Position numbers and translations under genes: made by a program. The notes below the pieces were generated by a model that was given only the letters and a program-made list of their open reading frames with translations, was not told the DNA's origin and searched no databases. A DNA stretch of 64,000 nt from a virus: positions 96,001 to 160,000 of the IMG/VR virus record IMGVR_UViG_3300024999_000034; one strand, written 5' to 3'. Shown here in pieces: positions 57,136 through 64,000 of this stretch; the first letter of the stretch is position 1, and every line of letters begins with the position of its first letter.

Positions 57136-57834
57136 ATGGATTTAATCACACTAGCAACAAAAACGACATACAAATTATTCAAAGTAGATGAAGTAATTGA
57201 CTCATTTGATCAAAAACACTTTAATATTGTTAAGATAATAGTAAAAAAATATAGGAATATGGACATTGAAGCAACAAAATCTCAAGTACAACAATTAGCC
57301 GAAAACGGAATTAGGAATTTTTGGAGTGAGTTATTTAAGTATATAATTGTATTATCAATTGCAAGTTATTTTAATATATTTACTCCAACTTTCTTTGTAA
57401 TGAATGCTTTCTCTGTCCTCAGAGCATTGGCTGGTGGCGTACATATGTCTACCATAGGAAAATGCTTTGCAATGATGGTTCTATTCTTCTTATCACTAGG
57501 ATATTTAATTAGTATATTACATATAAATACGTTAGTATTAGTCGTAGGAATATCATTGGGGTCTATATGGAGCATATACATAGCTAAAAAATATTCTCCA
57601 CAGGAAAGACCAGATAAATCAGATAAAGATTGTGATCACGGCAATATAAAAAAGTATAAGACAATAAAGTTTATTAAATTCTCGTATATAATTAGTATGA
57701 TATTAATATTGTTTACTCAAAAATACATAATTGGGATTAGTATATTTACAGGTGTTTTACTTGAGATGGTAACAATTACACCTAGAGGAACGAGATTTTT
57801 TCAATGGATAGATAGTAAGAAGGTGACACTATGA
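57136..57834 (+). CDS. agrB: AgrB-family peptide-cyclising membrane protease
   Basis: LRALAGGVHMSTIGKC (catalytic His and Cys), YSP..RP, multiple TM helices. Confidence 0.9.
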   Translation: MDLITLATKTTYKLFKVDEVIDSFDQKHFNIVKIIVKKYRNMDIEATKSQVQQLAENGIRNFWSELFKYIIVLSIASYFNIFTPTFFVMNAFSVLRALAGGVHMSTIGKCFAMMVLFFLSLGYLISILHINTLVLVVGISLGSIWSIYIAKKYSPQERPDKSDKDCDHGNIKKYKTIKFIKFSYIISMILILFTQKYIIGISIFTGVLLEMVTITPRGTRFFQWIDSKKVTL

Positions 57835-58457
57835 TCGAAGTGGTAGTGTTTACATTCGTTTTTGCATGGTTCAATGGTTATAAGTGGAAGGTATTAAATT
57901 TGTTTAAGCATTGGAGCATATACCCCATTGCACTTACTTGTGTTGCTCATATTTATATTATATATCTTATGGTTCATGGTCAATATTGGTTTATGGAATA
58001 TGCCAAATACATAAAAATTGTATCTATATTACTTTACTTAGGTTTGATTTGTAAATATAAGTTATTCGACATATCTATCTTTAAGAAAATTAATATTAAA
58101 GAGAACCCTATATTAACCCCTTTTACATCTCCTGTTTCTTTAGGTGTATTATGCATGGGTATAGGATCTGTCTTAAATATTATTGCTATGAAATTTAATG
58201 GTTCAAAAATGCCTGTTTTTGCGAGTGTAAGTTTTGGTACAGGATATTCAAAAATAGATATGTTTGATAAAATGTTACAGTATAATGACTTTCATGTATT
58301 TGGAAACAGTGCTACACATTTGATATTTTTAACCGATTTCATAGATATTTTTACATCCATTATGAGTATCGGTGATGTATTAACTAGAATATTTGTTGTT
58401 TTAGTAATATATTACTCAATAAAAGTATGTAATCATAAAGTAATAAATAATATTTAG
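57831..58457 (+). CDS. DUF5317-like multi-pass membrane protein
   Basis: G..LN..A..NG.KMPV..H......L..L.D.I..SIGD pattern; overlaps agrB stop. Confidence 0.7.
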   Translation: MIEVVVFTFVFAWFNGYKWKVLNLFKHWSIYPIALTCVAHIYIIYLMVHGQYWFMEYAKYIKIVSILLYLGLICKYKLFDISIFKKINIKENPILTPFTSPVSLGVLCMGIGSVLNIIAMKFNGSKMPVFASVSFGTGYSKIDMFDKMLQYNDFHVFGNSATHLIFLTDFIDIFTSIMSIGDVLTRIFVVLVIYYSIKVCNHKVINNI

Positions 58458-58486
58458 TTGACAAACAGTGAAGGGAGGTGTATACT
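58458..58486 (+). promoter_or_regulatory. Consensus SigA promoter for the receptor-like gene and agrD
   Basis: TTGACA-17 bp-TATACT. Confidence 0.8.
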
Positions 58487-58525
58487 TATCACATAGCAAA
58501 GAAAAGTTTAGAGGAGTAGATTATT

Positions 58526-59314
58526 ATGTTGGAAAATATCATTTATTGTGCGTTGAGTTGTATTTTTATCACGATCCCAGAAGACATTTTTCTAATAATA
58601 TTAACGCTAAGATTTATGGGAAGAAAAGAGATGTTGGATTTATACAATATTAAAGAAAATTTAATTTCGATTTTAAAAATTGTTATCCCTTCGGCATTGT
58701 CTTTAAATCTTTTAAATTTTATAATAATGACACCAACTTCAATTAACAAAATAATATCTTATACTATGTTGTATTTGTTATTGGTATACATATTAAAAAA
58801 GAAATCTTTTATTGAATATCCAAAATTATATCAAAAAGCTTTTCTATATTTTATCTTAAGTATATTAGTAATAATAGCTATTGAAATTATTACCTTGCCA
58901 ATTATATTTAAATTAGTTAATAAAACATATAAAGAAATTCAGGTAAATTATTATTTAGTCATAATATGTTCTCTGTCTTCTAGAATTATAAATCTAATAA
59001 TATTGTTCACTATTTTTATGAAGAAGAATAGTAAATTTCAAATAAGTATTGGTAATTATATATTTAATAATAAATTTTTCACAAGATTATTGATTGGTGT
59101 CACGGCAGGATTGGTTGTATCTGAGGCATACTTTGTCAAGTTAATTTTGTGGAATAACTTTTTAAATATCATTCCAACAATTTACGAACAATTGTTGTTA
59201 GTTATAAGTTTTACTTTTTTAGTACCAAGTTTGATAATTTCAATAGTTTATTCTTGTATAAATTATTGTGTTATGATTATTAATAGTGAGAAGCAGACTT
59301 TCAGAAATGACTGA
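58526..59314 (+). CDS. Multi-pass membrane protein resembling an AgrC/VirS sensor domain, without a kinase domain
   Basis: About 7 hydrophobic segments; between agrB and agrD; paralog of 60533; no H-box or HATPase motifs. Confidence 0.6.
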   Translation: MLENIIYCALSCIFITIPEDIFLIILTLRFMGRKEMLDLYNIKENLISILKIVIPSALSLNLLNFIIMTPTSINKIISYTMLYLLLVYILKKKSFIEYPKLYQKAFLYFILSILVIIAIEIITLPIIFKLVNKTYKEIQVNYYLVIICSLSSRIINLIILFTIFMKKNSKFQISIGNYIFNNKFFTRLLIGVTAGLVVSEAYFVKLILWNNFLNIIPTIYEQLLLVISFTFLVPSLIISIVYSCINYCVMIINSEKQTFRND

Positions 59315-59353
59315 TCTGATTTTTCAAATACATTATAGAAGGAGGTGAAAATA

Positions 59354-59461
59354 ATGAAAAAGAATATCGTAATTGGTTTTGTAGCAATCGCTGCTTTTGC
59401 AGCAGTAATGTCTTCAATGGTAGTTTGGCATCAATCGGAAACTCCTAGTTGTATCGCGTAG
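59354..59461 (+). CDS. agrD: AgrD-like cyclic-lactone autoinducer propeptide (missed by ORF track)
   Basis: MKKNIVIGFVAIAAFAAVMSSMVVWHQSETPSCIA; RBS AAGGAGGTG; HQ.E.P tail typical of clostridial AgrD. Confidence 0.82.
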   Translation: MKKNIVIGFVAIAAFAAVMSSMVVWHQSETPSCIA

Positions 59462-59477
59462 TACATATCCATGATCT

Positions 59478-59507
59478 AAGGAGGGAGTATTTATACTCTC
59501 TCCTTTT
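59478..59507 (+). terminator. Intrinsic terminator after agrD
   Basis: AAGGAGGGAGTAT-tt-ATACTCTCTCCTT followed by TT. Confidence 0.7.
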
Positions 59508-59535
59508 GAATTATAAAATAATTTTTATAATACTA

Positions 59536-59565
59536 TTGACATATTATCCACTGTTGTAGTATAGT
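59536..59565 (+). promoter_or_regulatory. SigA promoter for the HTH-MazF gene
   Basis: TTGACA-18 bp-TATAGT. Confidence 0.65.
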
Positions 59566-59617
59566 AATATAAAGTAAGAAATTACGAAATATTATATTTA
59601 CAAATTATGAAGGGTGG

Positions 59618-60439
59618 ATGATTAATATGTTTTTCAATACAAAAAAGAGAAATGAGACTGTTAAATCAAATGAGGCAAAGGATTTCAAGAAGCTTGCAAA
59701 CTTAGTAAAAATAGCCGTTGGAAGCAATACTATTTCAGAGTTTGCAAACAGATGTGGTATTCCAAATTCAGCTAAAAGTATTGCTATGATTACTCAAGAA
59801 AAAATAACTACATACCCAGAAGTCGGTTTGCTTAAAAAAATTGCTTTGGGTTCTGAATTTCGAGTATCTTTTAATGATTTAAGGATTGCATGTGGTTATG
59901 ATTTAAATGATACAGGGATTGATCTTAGAGGTGTAAAAGCTATGAGGGGTTGGATTGCCTTATGTAACTATGGGAACGTTTTAGACTCAGAACAATCTGG
60001 AATTAGGCCTTCCTTAATAATTTCCAATAATATTGGGAATGAGAGAGGGACTATTTTGATGGCAATTCCTTTATCTAGTAAAATAATGAAAAATACTATG
60101 CCGACCCACGTCAGAATTGGCCCCAAAGACTGCGGATTGGCACAAGAGTCAGAAATTTTAGTTGAGCAGATGCGTGTAGTATCAAAAAGTCGTTTAATGA
60201 TTGATGGGTTCATTCAACCAATTTGTGAATGTCCTGAAGACATACTCCGTAAGGTAGAAATAGCCATCATGAAGGAAACTGGTATGGTGAATACTAGAGC
60301 CAATGAATCTACAGTAGATAGATTCCTTGATAAACTTAATGAATATGTAAATAAAGCAGAAGAAAGTCGTATCAATCACATTCAAAGCAATAATCGCAAC
60401 ACAATTCCACAACAACAGAGAGTAGCATCTTTTGCATGA
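59618..60439 (+). CDS. XRE-type HTH fused to a MazF/PemK domain
   Basis: N-terminal TISEFANRCGI..YPEVGLLKKIA..LRIACGY; C-terminal RG..SEQSGIRPS..SNNIGN..AIPLSS..PTHV..L..ES.IL.EQMR. Confidence 0.85.
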   Translation: MINMFFNTKKRNETVKSNEAKDFKKLANLVKIAVGSNTISEFANRCGIPNSAKSIAMITQEKITTYPEVGLLKKIALGSEFRVSFNDLRIACGYDLNDTGIDLRGVKAMRGWIALCNYGNVLDSEQSGIRPSLIISNNIGNERGTILMAIPLSSKIMKNTMPTHVRIGPKDCGLAQESEILVEQMRVVSKSRLMIDGFIQPICECPEDILRKVEIAIMKETGMVNTRANESTVDRFLDKLNEYVNKAEESRINHIQSNNRNTIPQQQRVASFA

Positions 60440-60444
60440 ATATA

Positions 60445-60497
60445 ATATAAATGGTCATTATATGTCCTTCTTATTATAATATAATGACCATTTATAT
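60445..60497. promoter_or_regulatory. Perfect 19-bp inverted repeat containing a possible promoter (or terminator)
   Basis: ATATAAATGGTCATTATAT-15 nt-ATATAATGACCATTTATAT; TGGTCA(60452)-17-TATAAT(60475). Confidence 0.65.
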
Positions 60498-60532
60498 ATA
60501 CCAAAAATAAAAATAAAAAGGAGTACGCCTAT

Positions 60533-61333
60533 ATGCAAGCAATTACAAATGCCATCCTAAACACCATATTCGTTGGCCTCCCTGAAGAAATGTTCATTGT
60601 AATAATCACATTATCACTTCTAAAAATCAATGATCTGCTAGACATCTTAATGTGGAAACGTAGTCTAACATGGATTATGCTCACAGCATTACCCGTAGCA
60701 ATAATGGCAAATATCTTCAAATATATTATCATAGTACCAAAACAAAATTCTATATTGTCAATTATGTTATTTATGATAATTCTTATGCAATACATAGTCA
60801 TCACCAATAGTTTCAAAGTAAATTTTTCACTAATATTTAAAACAGCAATCTACACAATCGCAAGCTTTGTAATTGTAGGAATCATTGAATATGCTTACTG
60901 TCCACTTCTATTAGCATTATTAGAAAAACCATATAGTTTTTTCAATGATAATGTAATGTACAATATCCTATGGGCTATTCCAATCAAAATTCTACACTTA
61001 TGTATTGTTTCCTTAATTCTAGTGAGAAAAAATAGCAAAGTAAAAATTAATCTGTTTGACTCAATTATTAGAAATAAATTTATTGTTAGTGGTTTGTTGC
61101 TAATATTAGCAACCAGAGCATTAGTAGTTAATTATATCAATAAATTAGTGGAAAATAATAGCATCATGATTCAATTACAATTTATTGATGAATTAATTGC
61201 TATTGTTATAATCACATCAATTCCAGTAATATTTGTCACATGGTTATTAATGGTAATCAATCATTATTTATGTAAAGAGAAAATGGCTCTGTTGGTTTGT
61301 GAAGGAGTTAGTGGAAATGATGACGGTGAGTGA
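60533..61333 (+). CDS. Second AgrC-sensor-like membrane protein, kinase-less paralog of 58526
   Basis: IFVGLPEEMFIVIITL vs IFITIPEDIFLIILTL; shared K(I/F)Q/N(L/I)...I.N.F linker. Confidence 0.6.
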   Translation: MQAITNAILNTIFVGLPEEMFIVIITLSLLKINDLLDILMWKRSLTWIMLTALPVAIMANIFKYIIIVPKQNSILSIMLFMIILMQYIVITNSFKVNFSLIFKTAIYTIASFVIVGIIEYAYCPLLLALLEKPYSFFNDNVMYNILWAIPIKILHLCIVSLILVRKNSKVKINLFDSIIRNKFIVSGLLLILATRALVVNYINKLVENNSIMIQLQFIDELIAIVIITSIPVIFVTWLLMVINHYLCKEKMALLVCEGVSGNDDGE

Positions 61334-61406
61334 TAAATAAGGAGTGGAAAACGAACATTTCAGAATAATTTGTCGAACGTATGTACTATTTTTGTTATGA
61401 TAATCC

Positions 61407-61435
61407 TTGAATAGTGTTTTTATAGATGATATAAT
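61407..61435 (+). promoter_or_regulatory. SigA promoter flanked by TCCTTGA/TCAAGGA inverted repeat
   Basis: TTGAAT-17 bp-TGnTATAAT. Confidence 0.7.
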
Positions 61436-61515
61436 ATTATCAAGGAGGTATTAAAAGAATCTATAAATTATTTGTAGAAATTACCATAAATTAAAATTAA
61501 AGGAGAAGTGAGTAT

Positions 61516-61869
61516 ATGAATTTAGAAACTAACAACGAGGAATATTTATGGGTAATCAAAGATCAAGATGGTAACTTTGCTCACAGAAACAGTATTGGCA
61601 AGTCTGGTAAGAATACCTGCATATACATATCTTTTAGAACATTCTCTCCTGAGTGCAAGGGTTATATAAGTAAAGAAAGTGCTGAATTAGCCTTGCAAGA
61701 ATTAAACAGAAGAAAATCTATCATGAGATTACCAAATACATTCAATTTAGAATATAATATTTTAAGTAAGATGACTAAACTACATAGGGAATTTCAAGGA
61801 GAGAATATGGTCATATATGAAAAAACACATTCAAATATATTAAACTGTCCTGTATTAGAAGCAATCTAG
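61516..61869 (+). CDS. Hypothetical protein
   Basis: RBS AAAGGAG; own promoter and downstream hairpin. Confidence 0.65.
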   Translation: MNLETNNEEYLWVIKDQDGNFAHRNSIGKSGKNTCIYISFRTFSPECKGYISKESAELALQELNRRKSIMRLPNTFNLEYNILSKMTKLHREFQGENMVIYEKTHSNILNCPVLEAI

Positions 61870-61900
61870 ATTATTGTGTGCTTGATAGAAGAAATATAAA

Positions 61901-61933
61901 GAGCCACACTGGTCGCATCGATAAGTGTGGCTC
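61901..61933 (+). terminator. Hairpin, probable terminator
   Basis: GAGCCACACT / AGTGTGGCTC 10-bp stem. Confidence 0.6.
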
Positions 61934-61955
61934 ATATAAAAATAAGTATAATTTC

Positions 61956-61984
61956 TTGACATTAGAGTAATAATTAGATATACT
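61956..61984 (+). promoter_or_regulatory. Consensus SigA promoter for the repressor operon
   Basis: TTGACA-17 bp-TATACT. Confidence 0.8.
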
Positions 61985-62022
61985 GATATTAATATTATTT
62001 TAATGTGAAGGAGAGATATTTA

Positions 62023-63390
62023 ATGCTTAAAGAAAAATCAGTTGAGTTAATGCAAGAATTAAATCCATTGATCGTTAAATATTCTAGTAATGACAAGGTA
62101 AGAAAAATAATTTTAAATGAGTTTTCCAAAAGGAATATGAGTGGTCGGTTGGCACTATCTATTTTAAACGAGAAAAGAGTATTATCAACATTAGATATCG
62201 ATGAAGGGAAAGACTTGATATTATTATTTGTTTTTACTAGTGCAATGTACAATGCATTGACATTTAAAGAAGCAGATGATAAAGAACCTTTGGGAGAAAT
62301 AGAAGAGTCATTTAAAATAACTCTCGAAAACTATTTTACTGAAATTGAGATTGAAAGTCTATTAAACCACACATTTGAAAAAAAAGTTGATGAAAAAGAT
62401 GAGGCTATTGTTTTTCCAAAAATGAATTTGATTGCTCCTGGATTTTATTCTGGGTATATGTCTGGAAAACATTTTGCTGAATTAGATGCTGGAAATGAAT
62501 TCATCTATAATTTTAAAACCCAGCGTGATCCAATTATTAATGTATCTGGAATGAAAGAAATACATTTAAATAAGAAAAACGCAAAAGAAATTAGAGATGG
62601 TTTGCTTTCAGGCGATCAATTCCCAACTACTATAGTGGTAAATGTTCTTCGAGATGGATCAGACGAAATAATCTACAACGAAAAAAATGGAGACTTGACT
62701 ATTGTTTCAGGAACTAAAAACCTTGTTGACGGAATGCATAGAAAAGTGGGTAATAGCTTAGCCCTTGCTCTTAATCCAGATTTGCAATTTAATTGGTTGT
62801 TAGTTGTGATAAACTATAGCGAGGTTAGAGCGCAAAAATATATGGTTGAAATTAACAAGCAACAAAAAATGAAGCAGGAACATGTTGATAACATGGATAC
62901 TTCTAATCTTGGAAACATTGTTGTAGACAACATTAAAGATATTGACAACGCTGAATTCTCTGGGCATATTAAAGACAGCGATAAAGAACTAGAACATGGT
63001 GGTATGGTAAAAAAATCAACATTAGCAACTAGTATAGAAGAGTGTTACAAGGATAAACTAACTAATAAAATTGAAGCAAAAAAGATAGCAAAGCATATTG
63101 CTAATGTTGTAGATTATGTTATAGGATTACACGCAGAAGAGTTTATAGAGCATTCTGAAGCTACTAAGAAAGAAAGTTATATCAATCATAAGAATATGTT
63201 TGCAGGATATGTTGCCTTATCTGAAAGATTATATGAAGTAAAGGATTGGGAAGATTTATTAGAAGAAATTCTTAATCAAATTGATTTTAGTGTTAAAAAT
63301 TCTTTCTGGAAAGATATTGGAATATCAGATTCAGATATGAAAAAGTCTACCAGAAACAATTTATATAAATTCTTTCAGAAATTAGTTTAA
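62023..63390 (+). CDS. yopQ: SPbeta YopQ/SroE-like repressor (DndB/ParB-like DGQHR-type fold)
   Basis: NFKTQR..LVDGMHR..INKQ motifs; size about 460 aa; directly upstream of a YopR-like gene. Confidence 0.65.
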   Translation: MLKEKSVELMQELNPLIVKYSSNDKVRKIILNEFSKRNMSGRLALSILNEKRVLSTLDIDEGKDLILLFVFTSAMYNALTFKEADDKEPLGEIEESFKITLENYFTEIEIESLLNHTFEKKVDEKDEAIVFPKMNLIAPGFYSGYMSGKHFAELDAGNEFIYNFKTQRDPIINVSGMKEIHLNKKNAKEIRDGLLSGDQFPTTIVVNVLRDGSDEIIYNEKNGDLTIVSGTKNLVDGMHRKVGNSLALALNPDLQFNWLLVVINYSEVRAQKYMVEINKQQKMKQEHVDNMDTSNLGNIVVDNIKDIDNAEFSGHIKDSDKELEHGGMVKKSTLATSIEECYKDKLTNKIEAKKIAKHIANVVDYVIGLHAEEFIEHSEATKKESYINHKNMFAGYVALSERLYEVKDWEDLLEEILNQIDFSVKNSFWKDIGISDSDMKKSTRNNLYKFFQKLV

Positions 63391-63424
63391 TTTTTCTAAT
63401 ATTTATTTATAAGGGGTGTTTTAA

Positions 63425-64000
63425 TTGGTTATTAATGAAGTTAATAATGGGTTGCAAAATGAAGAGGTGGTATTTGAGGTTGATTCAGAAGTGAAAAAGG
63501 AATTTCTAGAAAAACAATTAAAGTCAACTAGAAGTTTCTACACTTATGTTCTCAAAAGAGCAGATGAATTTGAATCACAACTTGGGAAAAAGATTTACGA
63601 TTTTAATATTGAAGATCGCGATGAGATGTTGACTGTTCAGTTTAAGAATAAGAATAAATGGACGTTTCAATCTGCATTATCTCCTTTAAAAACTTATGTT
63701 GACTTCTGTATTTCTAAGAATTTAGTTAGACACAATGAAAACAGGTTTATGACTATTCTTCCGTCAGATTATGATGATTATGTTAGTGATCAAGCAAAAA
63801 ACAGTTCTTATATCCCTTTATCAGAATCCAGAGAATTTCAAAAAAGATTAGCAAATGATCAAGATAAATTAATCATTGAATTATCTAGTTTAGGGGTTAG
63901 GGGAAGAACTGAAAAAGGCAATACACTTGAAGAGTTTGTAAATCTCAAAGTAAAAGATATTAAGTGGAAAGATAAGGAATTATGGCTCACTAAAAACAAT
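63425..64000 (+). CDS. yopR: SPbeta YopR/MrpR/SroF-like integrase-fold repressor (5' part, runs off window; TTG start)
   Basis: Manual translation: KKEFLE..FESQLGKKIYDFNIE..YVDFCI..NDQDKLIIEL..GVRG..LEEFVNLKVKDI. Confidence 0.75.
   Translation, partial: MVINEVNNGLQNEEVVFEVDSEVKKEFLEKQLKSTRSFYTYVLKRADEFESQLGKKIYDFNIEDRDEMLTVQFKNKNKWTFQSALSPLKTYVDFCISKNLVRHNENRFMTILPSDYDDYVSDQAKNSSYIPLSESREFQKRLANDQDKLIIELSSLGVRGRTEKGNTLEEFVNLKVKDIKWKDKELWLTKNN

Larger units (their letters stand above)
1..64000 (+). mobile_element. Segment of a large SPbeta-like temperate phage/prophage (early/accessory region plus lysogeny-control locus)
   Basis: Co-oriented short ORFs with strong RBSs; phage hallmark families (YopX, Rha, HNH, SprT, DUF1273, RNA ligase/Pnk, YopQ/YopR-like); no host housekeeping genes. 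Confidence 0.9.

Noticed and set aside
5063-58653. Overlapping alternate-frame + strand ORFs (5063, 18052, 42699, 43068, 58468)
   Set aside because: Nested in or largely overlapping well-supported genes, without RBS or motifs.
58526-61333. Complete AgrC/AgrA two-component system
   Set aside because: No HisKA, HATPase or LytTR/receiver motifs in the window.
248-62252. All minus-strand ORFs in the track (e.g. 248-526, 11369-11743, 12837-13067, 43546-43806, 60529-60816)
   Set aside because: Each lies antisense to a better + strand gene or AT-rich spacer, lacks an RBS and shows complement-strand composition; these are shadow ORFs.
62005-63390. DndB phosphorothioation system
   Set aside because: No dndCDE neighbours; size and the downstream MrpR-like gene fit YopQ/SroE better.
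1-64000. CRISPR array, tRNA/rRNA genes, DGR/retron
   Set aside because: No regularly spaced repeats, T-loop/cloverleaf signatures or reverse transcriptase were noticed by eye; tRNAscan/CRISPR finders were not run.

Overview
A very AT-rich, densely packed stretch of a large temperate Firmicutes (probably clostridial) phage or prophage of the SPbeta-like type. All credible genes are on the + strand. Positions ~1-54.8 kb form an early/accessory array of more than 100 mostly tiny hypothetical ORFs. Interspersed with them are recognisable genes: SprT, orphan HicA, a Zn-ribbon tyrosine recombinase, Rha, two DNA methyltransferases, a SLOG/DUF1273 protein, a Rep-like wHTH protein with ori-like repeats, an Apyc1-like MBL hydrolase, YopX, an HD/SAH hydrolase, two metallophosphoesterases, UvsE, NADAR, an RNA-repair cluster, three paralogous HNH endonucleases and two DUF4379 Zn-ribbon endonucleases. 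Positions ~55-64 kb form a regulatory locus: mazF, agrB, a DUF5317 membrane protein, a kinase-less AgrC-like membrane protein, an unannotated agrD-like propeptide gene, an HTH-MazF fusion, a second AgrC-like paralog, and then homologs of the SPbeta master repressors YopQ (SroE) and YopR (MrpR/SroF). Most notable observations: (1) an Agr-type cyclic-peptide system occupies the position held by arbitrium in SPbeta, suggesting an undescribed lysis-lysogeny communication system; (2) a degenerate 9-8-9 palindrome (TCCYATAAR-N8-YTTATRGGA) recurs at many gene boundaries and resembles tyrosine-recombinase core sites; (3) an (AG)7 tract puts a DNA methyltransferase out of frame, suggesting phase variation; (4) a candidate -1 frameshift adds an acidic tail to the Rep-like protein. 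Family calls are from remembered motifs, not database searches.
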